Below, in pieces: positions 17,751 to 31,436 of a stretch of 64,000 nt of DNA; position 1 is the stretch's first letter; every line of letters begins with the position of its first letter. Below the pieces are notes generated by a model that was not told the origin of the DNA, did no database searches, and saw only the letters and a program-made list of their open reading frames with translations. The stretch comes from Octopus vulgaris (taxonomy: Eukaryota): assembly GCA_951406725.2 (NCBI GenBank), contig OX597826.1:34286001-34350000 (forward strand), given 5' to 3'. The position numbers were made by a program, and so were the translations under genes.

Positions 17751-18331
17751 ATATTTCGGAATGGTCATTTTGCCAGTTTAGCCAATAAAAACACACGCAC
17801 TAGATATTTGGTGTTACTTTGCTTCAGTGTTATTTATTTTTTACATTAATCTTAATCTTATTTCGGCCAGAGTTCTTTCGTCACACACCTGTGACCGCAT
17901 CAGTGGTCCTTTGTTTTCTTCTTTCTTATTTGTGTCTCTCCTTACTAACCGTCAGCCATTTTGTATTTCTATTGTATGCGCATGCTTATATCTCTATGTG
18001 CGTTTATGTTTATTTAGTGTGTGTATGTGAGGGATGCCTGTAATATTTGTATCTTCTGTTTATATATGTTCATGTAATTTGTAATTTTATATGTTCATAC
18101 AATAGAAATACAAAATGGCTGACGGTTAGTAAGGAGAGACACAAATAAGAAAGAAGAAAACAAAGGACCACTGATGCGGTCACAGGAGTGTGACGAAAGA
18201 ACTCTGGCCGAAATAAGATTAAGATTAATGTAAAAAATAAATAACACTGAAGCAAAGTAACACCAAATATATAGTGCGTGTGTTTTTATTGGCTAAACTG
18301 GCAAAATGACCATTCCGAAATATAACAATAT
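17743..18331. repeat. Near-perfect inverted repeat (236-bp arms, 17743-17978 / 18096-18331, 117-bp spacer) between (TA)n arrays
   Basis: Arms align without indels; two mismatches noticed. The track shows the same peptide start on both strands (17819+ and 18255-). Confidence 0.95.
18165..18209 (+). ncRNA. Variant minimal type I hammerhead-like motif (mirrored at 17865-17909 on the minus strand)
   Basis: GGACCA-CUGAUGCG-GUCACA(GGAG)UGUGAC-GAAA-GAAC-UC-UGGCC: stem I, 6-bp stem II, GAAA box, CUC triplet. The core deviates (A9 replaced by CG). Confidence 0.55.
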
Positions 18332-18385
18332 CTGTTTCAACACACGACTTCACATAAAAAATCTTGCACAACAAATATTTAAACG

Positions 18386-18427
<42 letters not shown>

Positions 18428-20366
18428 TTACATACATATATATATATATATATGTATGTATGTCTGCATGAATATGTATATATATGTATATGTATATATA
18501 TATGGATATATAGATATGTATGTATATAGATATTTATATACATATATATATAAAATACAAAAATCGGACAGGAACGGAAAACATCCAGACAGACGATACA
18601 AAGGAAACAAGGACGTGTCATTCGGAGTTTTCTTTCCTCAGTCGAGTTCCAAATTACCTTTGCAATTTCAGTTGGTTATACTCGATATTGCTTCTCTTTC
18701 GCCAGCCCCAAGGAAAAACTAAGAGCATTAGATTCCTTGGAAGACAGCAGCGAATGTACACGAAAACAAGGATGAAAAAAAAAACAGAGAAATGTTACAC
18801 AAATACAAATATGGATAGATGTTTGCACATATGTATATATCTATGGACATACAATTAGTGCTAATACGTTGGTAATGTCATTTGTAGTTCCCTAAAATAA
18901 TATTTATTCAATATTTATTTAGTGCATATTTTAATGGGTTTTTTTTATCTTTGAATCTGGCTAGTATTTTGTTTACCAAAATACAAGTTCTTAGGTTTTG
19001 GAGTAAAATGTATTTGACTCGATTTATGGAGAAAACGACTTCATAGTACTTTTGTGTGTAACATCCTTATTCAGTTACATCTCGAAATGTAAAACGAAAA
19101 TTTGGGTTATGAGAGAGAATTTGAAATCAGGATTTTTAATCTATATAGACATGAATTTGAAGGGCCTGTATGTTTTGGGGGCGAATCCAAATCTTTAGTA
19201 ACACAACACGAAGTGTTTGTAATTATTGTCTTCAATTACATCTTTCCACCACTGTGGTTTCTTCTAACATGGATGGATCCCATCTATGTCACATCAAATC
19301 CATCTATCGCTATTTGAATCTGTTGCTGCTTGTTTTACGAACACGCATTATTTGTCTTTGTGACATCAGCTCTCTCGTTATCCGATGTCGCTAACGATTT
19401 CACATAAATTCAAAACAAATTACTTTCGTTATATTAGTAAAACGTGTCTACTCACACAGTCACAAACACGCAAGCATACACCTTCCCCCCCACACACACA
19501 TAAGCACATTTATCTTTAAATACGTGTTTATGTGTAATTCTCTATTTTAGGCCAGTTTTTGGTTGTATCAACATTACATACATTGATACAATCATACATA
19601 AACATACATAGAAACATACATATATATACACACACACACTCTCATACAGACATTCACACACACACACATACAGACACAGACGTGTATATATGTATATTTA
19701 TATAAGTATATATATATACCAAAAAGTTTGTATAGTTAGATATATATATATATATATATATATATACCTAAAACTTTGAATATATTCTTGCAAAATACGG
19801 CTGCTTAATTTCCAATAATCGATACTATATTTACTTTCGAATATAGTAGAAATCTGAGATAAATGATACTTTAATAATGAATTAATTTCATATTTGACAT
19901 TTAGCATTAATGCGTCTCAAATAACCTGGTTGTTCTGTTACTAGTTTTGATTATTTTTTGAGGGTTTATATGTTTTTCTAATCTCCTTATACAGGAGAAA
20001 CTGTGATGTTGTTAGGGCCTCCGAAACTAGCTGGAGCATCAACGAGAAAGTTTAACCCCCTTGCCTGAATGCCTAGCGTAGTGTAGCCTTTGCTAAAGCG
20101 AGACAAGTGTACGTGCGTCGACTCAACTGGTGAAAATGAGTAATCCTGCGACGGACGGGTGTTGCGTCCCAGGAGGAATATATACGCCAGAGAAACCATG
20201 AAACCGATCTTGAGCTACTTTCGGAGTAATGTGAACTAACTAACCATATAATACTTGACACCGACTTTCCACGTTTATACAAGAAACATCAATCTGCAGA
20301 AATCAAAGTAGAGCACCAAACACAAATATGATATATTACCTGTCAACGAGAACCTAGTACGTTTAC

Positions 20367-20422
20367 TATTTCTTCATTTCAGACAAAAGTATATATATAC
20401 TTTTGTCTGATATGAAGAAATA
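20367..20422. repeat. 56-bp near-perfect palindrome centred on a short (TA)n
   Basis: TATTTCTTCATTTCAGACAAAAGTATAT / ATATACTTTTGTCTGATATGAAGAAATA, one mismatch. Confidence 0.9.
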
Positions 20423-20442
20423 TGTATATATATATATGTGTG

Positions 20443-20495
<53 letters not shown>

Positions 20496-21804
20496 CAGTC
20501 TGGCTTCTAGATCCACTTTAGAAAGACCAAAGCAGATACTGATTCAATCTCTATCATTGATCTGTCTTTATTTGCAGTAACTCAACATCATTAAGATAAA
20601 AATTCATACAGACGAAAAGAGACAGGCTGTGTAAAAAAAACGCATCAAGCTTTACAAGAAGATACCAGATCTCTAGAGGTTTATAGGATCTGAACCTGGA
20701 ATCCAACACCTTTATCCTGCAACTAAATATATCTCAAACTAAGACACAAGGAAACTAAATGTTAAATCAGAACTAATTCATTGTAATATGTCACCAATTT
20801 CAGCAGGAAAATAATTAAGGTACCGCCATGAATGTGGTTAATAACACAAATACACACACACACACATAGATAACTATAAATATACACATTAATATGTATA
20901 TTTATAAAATAGACAAAGGTGAAAGAGATTAATGTATATATAAAACCGGATTCTTGTTGTCACGTGTACCTCGTTGCATGTTATCTTACGTTTTATGTTC
21001 TCTCTCATACTTTTTTTTTTATACATTAACAAACATACACGTTTTACCAGTTTTTTAATCTGATGCACTGTTTCTCAATGACTTGTAAATAAAAAAGTTT
21101 TCTTTCTTTGATTTACGTTTTATTCCACCATTTCTCTGCATAAATCCTTCAGATTCTTGATCAAATCTACTCGTACAGTTTTTCCATGTTTTCGTTTTAT
21201 GTTAAGTTATTTCTTTTGTAATATTATCTCTTTGCCTTCGTTCTTATACATTTGCATCAACTTTTCGCTCTGGTTTTTAAATACATCAATGTTAATCAGT
21301 ATAGAAATCAAGAGATTCATTTATTAATCACTTATGCATACATGCTCTTTCATGTTCAGCATCAGTTTGTGTATTTTCTCTAATACAGTTTTAGTTTATG
21401 ATAACTTGAAGATTGGTATCAGCAATATTATGCTACATAAATCAAATTTAATACATATAGCGCATTCTTTATTTCGTTACGAAATGCATCACAAGTGGAT
21501 TGCCAAGGAAACATTCAAGCTCTGACAATATAAGCTTATCTTTCCGGTAAAGGATAATGTTGATGCACACATAAGTTGATTAGTGTACTGAAGAATCTTG
21601 CATCTTCGTCATAGATGCACTTAACTGTTGCATACACGTATTATTCCATTGTTTTATAGTATTAAATTATTTATTTATTTACCAGAGGCAATAGCAAGAG
21701 TTATTCTATAATTTTATATTTTTCAATTATGATTTGAACTCAATTTCGTTTGTAATTGTAATATTCCTACATACTTATAAACTAACCGCCATATTGTTAT
21801 GGCT

Positions 21805-21858
<54 letters not shown>

Positions 21859-22437
21859 TATATATATACGTGTATATATGTATGAATTACTTTTTTTTTA
21901 GCTTTCTACCATTTACTTTACAATGATTATGATATTGTTAGATAAAAAGAAAACACTATAAAACAGTTTATCGCATGATAGAAAGAAAAAAACAATAAAG
22001 AGAAAAATAATGTAGATTATGAGAAAGTTATCATTTGATAATATCATTTGAACAATGGAAGCCAAATCAGACGTGAAAACAGTGTGTTCACCTCGCGGTC
22101 AAGATTCTTAAGCCTAACACACATGCACATCCATGTGGCTTCGAAACTCGATAGAGATTTTATATGCTACCCTTTTAGCAAAAAAAAAACAAAAAACCCC
22201 CCAACTTTATTATATGACTTTCAATTTAACCAATCAGATAATCGATTCACGATTGGGTGATTGAGAGCAACATGGGCATCGAAGCAAGCAAACTCCAGCT
22301 TCCCGATCACACAGTTTCTCAGAAGGGATAAACAATAAAAGTAAGATTGCCATGGACAGAAGTGAGCAGAAACAAAAAGTTTACCCATTTCCTCGCGCAA
22401 ATCTTTTATAAGCAATACTCTCTCTACCACCCAGTAT

Positions 22438-22439
<2 letters not shown>

Positions 22440-22501
<62 letters not shown>

Positions 22502-22502
22502 A

Positions 22503-22543
<41 letters not shown>

Positions 22544-22612
22544 GTCCGTCCGTCCGTCTGTCTGACTGTCTGCTTGCCTATCTGTCTGTCTATCTATCTA
22601 TCTATCTATCTA
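22440..22612. repeat. (ATCT)n/(GTCT)n tetranucleotide microsatellite
   Basis: Directly visible. Confidence 0.95.
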
Positions 22613-23691
22613 TGTATGTATACACGCACATTCACATATATAAATATCTATCTAAATCTTTCTCCCTCTCTCTCTCACTATATATATAGATATATTCATC
22701 ACTTTCTCTTTATATACACATACACATACATACACAGCACACACACACACGCAGACTCAAACACACGCACATATATTGTCAAAAATAACTGCTAGCTGAA
22801 ATATTTTACATTTTAGCATATGCACCGATGGCAGGCTTTCCTCTGGGGCTTACACGTTATCAACTTAACGCTTTATAATAGGATATCTGCTAGGAGATTT
22901 TCAGAGGGTAATTTCAAAGATCCTTTCAGAATAATCGTTTAGAAATGAGAGTGTTCTCTTCAATTTTGAAATACATTTTACTCAACATTCTGCTACGATG
23001 TAATATGTTCATCAGCTTTTCAAAAACCTTAGTCTATGTTTTGGCTATATCTTCTTTTTAGATCTTCCCACATATACATATACGATTGTGTTGGAAGTCC
23101 ACCTTCTATGCTGTAAACCCCCCAGAATTTTATACCGTAAATAGGAAAGAGACTTTAACGTATGGCAGTTCGGTGGATGTAAATTGTGTGAGGTCCGATA
23201 TGTTTCTTGAAGAGACGTATCTGTTTTCGTGCAGGCTTCACGAAACTGGCTTGGGTACAAGGGCCAAAACCATCGTTGGCTCATTGGAAGAGGCAGATAA
23301 AGGAAAAATATACTTGTAAGTAGAGGTGCTAGTGTGTTGAACAACTATTACCAGCTACAAAATATTTTTATAGTATTTGTTGCATCGTATAAATTATTCA
23401 TACAGGAGACTATTCAAAGTGTGTACTATGTTCCAATGTGTTTCTTTACAGAGGGCTTTGATATTCTATTCCAAATATTCATAATTTATAATTTATATAA
23501 AATGCAATATACAACAGTTAATCATTGAAATTCACCTAAATTAACAGATTTTAACGCTTTTATATAATACATATTTTATTCATAAACATTTAAAATAACG
23601 TGGCAATTAGAACACATAAGATGCCTTTGTTTCAAACAATTTCCCTGGACTGTATAAACACTCTCTCATGTATATGCACGTGAAAATATAG

Positions 23692-23742
<51 letters not shown>

Positions 23743-23855
23743 GGTATATGTATACACACAGAGACACACGCATATATATATATATATTAGATATATGTAC
23801 GTATATATTTATGTTAAAATTACACTCACACATTTTCATATATATGTATAAATAA

Positions 23856-23906
<51 letters not shown>

Positions 23907-24260
23907 AGCATATATGGCAATATGTGTGAGTGTAATTTTAATTTTTTCATAAAGACTTACAGGTTAATGTGATTCAAATTAATTATATATGAATTCAGTA
24001 ATTCAATATATTGCACTGAAGAATTGAATATGACATCTGAGAGAATGTTATGTTGAGCGGCTGACGTATGATTAGAGTAGATAGGAGATAATCTGAGCTA
24101 TGTATTATATACACATCGATGTACACATATCTGTGCATATATAGCAACGCCCATAATACATGCGCGTATGTATGAGCATGTACGTATGCACATGTATATA
24201 TGAATAGATGTAGGCATATATATATATATGTGTGTGTGTGTGTCTATGTATATATGATGT

Positions 24261-24316
<56 letters not shown>

Positions 24317-25844
24317 TTATATACCGCCTGTCGTCAAAGCCATTAGATTATGATGATAATTACTTAACAATGTGGAGATGTAATATATCAACGTCACTAG
24401 TCGTTAGTAGGAAGCAATTTGAAGTTATCATGCCGAAAATCAGTTTGAAACCGATGGCATCATATAACAATAAGAAATACCTTTTAGATTTCAGTTAAAA
24501 GCGAAAAGAAAAAGAAAGGAAAATAAAATAATAAAATCCACGGAATTATGAAATCACGATAATATTAAATTCTTTATTCTAAAGTCATCCAAGTTAAATA
24601 AACAAAATATAAATCTGATGCGAGATAGATTAATATACATAATGGTTTTCTAAAAATATTCTTAATATACCTTTAATCATTTATGAATCGCTAAAAATAA
24701 ATATCTATACAGAACACAAATGGAAATTTATTGCATCTGTGACATTGTGAGGTCTTTTCTCTGTTGAGAATATAGAAATGTCTAATAGTTCAATAATTAA
24801 TTTCTGGAGATATAATCTTAATTGAGTGTAAGAAGGGAAAATCATTTTAGGAGAGGTTTCTATCTTCACGCTATTTACAAAGTGTTTCTTTTTCAGCATA
24901 CAAGGGATCATACGCGATATCTCTCTTGTTTCATGTCATTCACCAGAAACAGTGGTATATTTTCTCCTGTATTTCAAAGCATTTCAAGATAGGCAACATA
25001 TTCCAGAATATGCAAAACTTCCAGTTCTTGATTGTTTAATATATTCGTCAAAAGTGGTTGAATTCTATTAGCGAAACATTAATCTTTTCTGTTCAAGACC
25101 GTCCACCGCCTGATCAATGGCAGGTACGCAAGAATCGTTAGCAGACAGAACAGAAATAAAATATATTCCTTTTGGTATTAAGTGGATTCTCACAAACTAG
25201 TTGACGTTTGTTACCTAGGCAACCTAACCAGCCAACCACCGATTAGCTAAATGTAATATAGATGGATATTATTGTATTACATTCCTTTATTCAGTTATTC
25301 AATGATCAAAATTTTTAAATGTTTCTTTCTGCGTTGCTGTAATCTACTTTATCTTTTTATCAACAAGCTGTACTCCATATCTGGAAACTACGAAGATAAA
25401 CGAAATATATAGATGAATATATATTCATCTTATACACAAAGTAAGATGTGATTAAAATACTCTGGTCTATTCTTTTTTCTTCTTATTGCATCATCTACTT
25501 TAGTGTCTATCACTAAATAAAGATTTATCTCTTATACTGAAGCTAAACGAATGTTCAAGAGGACTTGAGAGAGAATTTACAATAAAAACTAGTGCAAACA
25601 AATCCAGATATATTCTTCAGGATTGGTTCAACCAAATATTATTCTATTGCAACAAATAGAATAACTTGATTTCACTTACAATAGAAGGCTACATTTATTA
25701 ATATTTGATTATCTCTATTTCCAATATTTGATGGATGAATATGCGTGTGATGTTAAGCGTTAGATGAACTGAAGCAAATACGTTATTCTGATTTGTGTTT
25801 GTGTATTAATTCACAAAATTTTAAAATTCTGTTTGGTTATAGAC

Positions 25845-26118
25845 ATAAGCATAGCTACATGGTTTGAAAGTTCCATTGGTAACCATATAGCTCTGGGTTC
25901 AGTCCCAATGAATGGTACCGTACATTGTGCAGATGGATTCGGGTTAACAAGGGCATTGTAAATGAATTTGGTTACTCTAGTCTTTTATAGGGTACAAAAT
26001 TATTACTCTTATAAGAGAATGTTTTTGACAGTGACTTCGAAGTTTCGGCTAGCTAAGCCATTATCGAACTATCGATGATGGCTTTGCGGTTAGAAATTTC
26101 AACAACATTCTTGCGTGC

Positions 26119-26167
<49 letters not shown>

Positions 26168-26425
26168 TACACACAATCACATACACATATACACACACAT
26201 ACCTCTTTTTGCTGTGTTCGTGCTTCTGTACATGTGTGTACTTTCCGAATTGCGTTTCTCTCTCACAGAGTAACTGTTGGCATATTTAGTGTATGGCTCT
26301 GTAACTTAGCATTCCGTCAAAAATGGGATAGAATAAATACAATATTCACAAGTGCTGAGGGCAAATTGATCAACTAAACCAACCAAGGCCAAGCTCCAGT
26401 TTGGCTACATTTTCACAAGTAAAGC
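25845..26425 (+). mobile_element. Old, diverged copy of SINE family B
   Basis: GGGTTCAGTCCCA B-box region, central TA/CA repeat, and GTAACTTAGC...GATAGAATAA...GCTCCAG segments colinear with the copy at 54008-54425. Confidence 0.6.
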
Positions 26426-26627
26426 AGACAAAAATAATGAAACAATAAAACAGTACCAAGACATTATCTTTGATAAAGAAAAGATCTTAAACAATCAGTT
26501 TGCTATTTTTGACTTTGCTTCATCTTAATTTCATCGTCTGGTTATTTTTTTTTTTTATCGGGATATTTTCACACAGTTATCTGTCTCAGATATTCTCTCA
26601 CTGATAAAGAAGTTCTCTCGAAACTGC

Positions 26628-26828
26628 TCTTCTTCTTCTTCTTCTTCTTCTTCTTCTTCTTCTTCTTCTTCTTCTTCTTCTTCTTTCTTCTTCTTCTTCT
26701 TCTTCTTCTTCTACTTCTCCTTCTTCTTCTTCTTCTTCTTCTTCTTCTTCTTCTTCTTCTTCTTCTTCTTCCACTTCTTCTTCTACTTCTTCTACTGTTT
26801 CTCCTTCTTCTTCTTCTACTTCTTCTTC

Positions 26829-26860
<32 letters not shown>

Positions 26861-26939
26861 CTCCTTCTCCTTCTCCTTCTCCCTCTTCTCCTCCACCTTC
26901 TTCTTCTTCTTCTTCTTCTTCTTCTTCTTCTTCTTCTTC
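26628..26939. repeat. (TTC)n microsatellite with variant units
   Basis: Directly visible; source of the poly-E/R ORF. Confidence 0.95.
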
Positions 26940-28789
26940 ATAAAATAGCATATATTCTACTGTTTAGATTATTTTATTACACTTTGCTAACGGAAAACCT
27001 CATTACATTCTATTGATACTACTTTGTATTTTTTTTTTACCAGAATCCTGAACGAAAACTACTCATGACTGAACTGCTCATAAGATCTACAATATTCAGA
27101 GGCAAGAGAACCAAACTTGTCTTTCCTCAAGTATCAAAGGTTGAATCAAATCAAACATTTTATATTAATATTGGTGTTCTTCTTATCATTGTTACCGACT
27201 CGATAAGTTTTGTGTTCAAATTTCGCCGAGGACAACTTTGCATTCTATCCTTACAGATTCGATAAAATAATGTTCCGCATAACTAACCAGCTCGATTTAA
27301 CTGAATGATTCCCTCCATATAAAATTACTAGGCTTGTGCTTAAATCTCAAACATCATTATTATAATCATTGTTTTTTATTGCTGATGTTATCATTTGTTT
27401 GAGACTGACTCGTAGGACCGTATTTCTCCATCAAATGGATTTTACTGCGTTTAATCGATCAGAATTTTTTGTTTTCATTCCAGGTTACTGGCGAGAAATC
27501 TCTTTGAATTATTTACCATTTATTCGTTTGTCAAGTGTAGAAAATATCTGTTTGACATAATTCTTTCAAATAGAATATTCTTGCCAGATGGCCTTTGGTG
27601 ATTTCATTCTGTTTACAAATGGTCAAATTATTTCTAATAGAAATAGATATGCGTCACAAAGACATCCCAAGGGAATTTCAAACACGTAAAACATCTAAAA
27701 CCAGAGAAAATATGAAAATCAATTAAACGGTTGCATTTGCCAGCAGAGACTATTATAGTCCATATTTAATATGAACAAACAAAATTAACAAATGAAAAAA
27801 TATACGGAAAGGAAACGTTAATGACAGTATTACGAATAAGAAGCTTAACATTTAAGTAATGATGCGGCTCATAGGGAGCTATGCATTGAGATCAGTTCCT
27901 ACAAATCATGTATATAGAGAGAGGAGTGGACAAACAGAAATTGTTTTCTGACACTAGGTATCGATACTTGTAAGGGCATGTAAGAAAATCACAAACTTCT
28001 GTATTCTGCATGGCAGGGAAATTACTAAATGCTGTAGAAAAAAGGCTGAATGTGTTCCAAGAGCCAAAGTTGATGCTTTACATGTCTGCCCTCAGACTGG
28101 TACTCTAGTAAATGGGAAAAGAAAGACGGCCGCGACAAGAGATATTGGTACACATGATTGTCCTTTGATTGTTAGAATCTCTGCGGCACAGGAGAGGTTA
28201 GCGGCTGAGCGCGTAATTAACACTAAAACTAGGTGAAAGCAAATCCTAATCACATCGAAAATCACAAGATTAATCAGGAGGAACAGCCTATTGACGGAAT
28301 ACAGAGGTAGTTTATCAGCCTGGTATAGTTGAAATCACTGCCTCCTTTTATCGTTTGTGGCAATAAAGACCGCTGGATGACCATTGGAACTGATAACGTT
28401 GCTGTTCACATAGCCCCAACGATCAAATCAATAAAACATACAGAAACAATATAAACTGTTCTGCCACCATCACCATGTTCCGATGTAGTTGAACAGCAAG
28501 ACACCAAGAGTTTCCTTTACCCAGGACAAAGACTTAGTGGGAAAACGACTACACATGGATTGGAATCAGTCAAAGAGTAAGCGAAGTGATACGGGACAAA
28601 AGAAAAAAAAATAGAATGGGAACATACTAAATGCTGAAATCATGCTGTAATTTCCTCACGAAGAGATATTCAACTCGCGAATGATAGTTGTTCAAGCAAC
28701 AATTAAAATCCTGATAGGAGCGCTGTAGTTCGCTGGAAGCATTGTAAAAGAGAGAAAATCGAAATCTGTCAATGAGGAAAGTTTGATAA

Positions 28790-29127
28790 AAAAATAGTCT
28801 GGAAAATGTTGTTATGCAGATTCCGTTAATCCATTCAAATCTCTTAGCATTATGTAACAACAGCAGTCACTCTCCAAACGTAGGTGCAATCGTCGCCCCA
28901 AACGTTCGTGTAAACAAACTTCCAACTGTAGTTGTAGTCTACTCACCATCTGTAGGATGGTGAGTAGACTATCTTAAGAGTAATAGTTGAAGTAGTTGCC
29001 AGCCAGCAAATGTTGCCGGTTGTCTGAGTGTTGGTGTAAACAAACATCCAACTGTTGTTGTAGGCCATCACCATCTGTGATGTGACGGCGTTATACTACT
29101 ACTGCTGTTGCTACTGCTACCACCACC

Positions 29128-29212
<85 letters not shown>

Positions 29213-29348
29213 TAACTCCTACAGCAACATTTGGAACTTTGTTTACACCAAAGCTTGGAGCGTCGATTTCACCTAAATTTGGAGAGCGCTGCCGGATTTG
29301 AATGGGTTCACGGAACCTGCATAGCTGGACATTTCCCAGACTGTTTTT
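28790..29348. repeat. Diverged inverted repeat (28790-28937 / 29219-29348) enclosing a perfect hairpin, a direct repeat and (TAC)n
   Basis: Reverse complement of the right arm (AGTCTGGGAAATGT...CCATTCAAAT...CTCTCCAAA..TAGGTG.AATCG.CG..CCAA...GTGTAAACAAA.TTCCAA.TGT.G.TGTAG) matches the left arm. Confidence 0.8.
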
Positions 29349-29963
29349 CTAATGAAGAAGGGCTTTGTGTCTGAAATATAACGGTTTTATAGAAATTGCC
29401 GCATTGTCAGAAGTTTTCTGTTTTCTCTCTTTATTAAAATCCTGATAGATCAATTGAAGGGCCTGAAAACGGACAAATAGAAAACGAATCGATTTGAGCG
29501 GATATAGGCAATTAATATATCAAATATACAAAAGACAGAACGTTGGTGAAAACCATACCAAGAGTTAATCAAGAGCTAAAATTAGACTGTCAAATCGACG
29601 AAGGCGCTTAAAGCGTTCGTAAATTTCTAATACAGACTTACAGGAATTGATCGGATGGAATACTGGTCAGAATCATGAATCAGCGAAATCCTAATTAAGT
29701 GGCGGCTTCTCACCTCTTTGCGGTTGGATTGTCTTTGACAGATATTTAACCTGATCAAATATAATGTCTTACGTTTTAGCACCACATCTCTCACTACACA
29801 CGCACAAATACTCACTCGCAGACACCCATATAATAAGTACACGCAGGAAAGACGGAACAAATTATATGTGAATTCATACTTTTATTCGGTTCCGCACACT
29901 CAAACGTGACTACCATTCGCTGCGGTAATCATGACACTATATATATGTATATATATGTATGTG

Positions 29964-30010
<47 letters not shown>

Positions 30011-30011
30011 G

Positions 30012-30058
<47 letters not shown>

Positions 30059-30059
30059 G

Positions 30060-30114
<55 letters not shown>

Positions 30115-30123
30115 GTCTGTCTA
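29964..30123. repeat. (TCTA)n microsatellite
   Basis: Directly visible. Confidence 0.95.
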
Positions 30124-30351
30124 TTTGTCTCTGTCTATATACATATGTATAAATGTATGTATATGTATATATGCAAATTTATGCATGTATGCGTGCGTAT
30201 GTATATATGTACGTGTATATATATGTGTATGTGCGTGTGTGCGCGCGTGTATGTATGTGTGTGTACACGCATCCTGCTATATCTAGACAACCATTTGTGT
30301 AAGACATTTTGATTCGTTTCTTATGGGCTACTACGAAAGGATTGCAAATCA

Positions 30352-30562
<211 letters not shown>

Positions 30563-31232
30563 ATTTGAGTTTTCTTTTATAGTATATTTATAATTTCTTC
30601 ATTATATTTCCAGTTATTAACTTTATTTGCGCTAAGCAGAGTTGGCATCGACGTTCTTAGAAATGTATTTTAATCACCACAATATAGTCGAATACAACAA
30701 TTAAATCCTGCTAAATTGTTGTCAATATGGCTGAATAGATAATGAAAGAGAGTGATAGGAAATGAAGTAAAAGAGAAAGAGAGAGAGAGAGAGAAAGAAA
30801 GAAAGAGTAAGTCGGTGTAGAGTGAGAGTAAAGAAGGAAGGGGAGAATATCTGAGTCAATTGGTTAATGTTGCAAGGAAGACAAATGATGCAGAAATAAA
30901 GAACAATATATTTATATAAACGGTCACGTGATCTAATGTTCAGATAGTCAAGTGCAATGAGGCAGTAATTTATCGTTATAACTGACAACATAAACTCGCG
31001 TTCAGACGCAGAGAGAGAGAGAGGGGAGAGGAGAGAGAGGAGAGATGGAGAGAGAGTTAAACGTTTCGTTGTTTCATTCCTCTTTATGCCTCTAAATATA
31101 TCTAGGTGAACAGAATAAGACATATACTACCATCCTAGTCGTTGTTTAACCATGCGTCAGTCTCGATCGAGCAGGATTGCTATCAAAAACATTCCAGCCA
31201 TGACCATCATACCTTTATCTAATATCACAGTT

Positions 31233-31436
31233 AGGCGGTGATCTAGCAGAGTCGTTAGCACGCCGGGCGAAATGTTTATCGGCACTTCGTTCGTATTACG
31301 GTCTGAGTTCAAATTCCGTGGAGATCGACTTTGCTTTTCACCTTTTTAGGGTCGATAAAATAAGTACCAGTTGAGTACTGGGGTCAGTGTACCCTCTTTC
31401 TCAAAATACGTCCTTGTGCCAAAATTTCAAACCAAT
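31233..31436 (+). mobile_element. tRNA-type SINE (family A)
   Basis: AGGCGGTGATCTAGCAGAGTCGTTAGCACGCCGGGCG head, GAGTTCAAATTCC B-box, core TCGACTTTGCTTTTCACCTTTTTAGGGTCGATAAAATAAGTACCAG. Confidence 0.85.

Noticed and set aside
18612-18646. Minus-strand CUGAGGA...CGAAU...GUC next to a TA tract
   Set aside because: GAAA box broken, stems II and I unconvincing; may be a repeat end but not supportable as a ribozyme.
27044-27101. Candidate 58-nt exon (polypyrimidine-CAG acceptor, GC-type donor); similar acceptors near 8250, 14540 and 27483
   Set aside because: Splice-like signals are common in AT-rich DNA; no recognisable peptide or consistent exon chain.
29349-29385. CUAAUGA-AGA...UCU-GAAA-UAUA next to an inverted-repeat arm
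   Set aside because: Core mutated, no UH triplet in place, not mirrored in the other arm.
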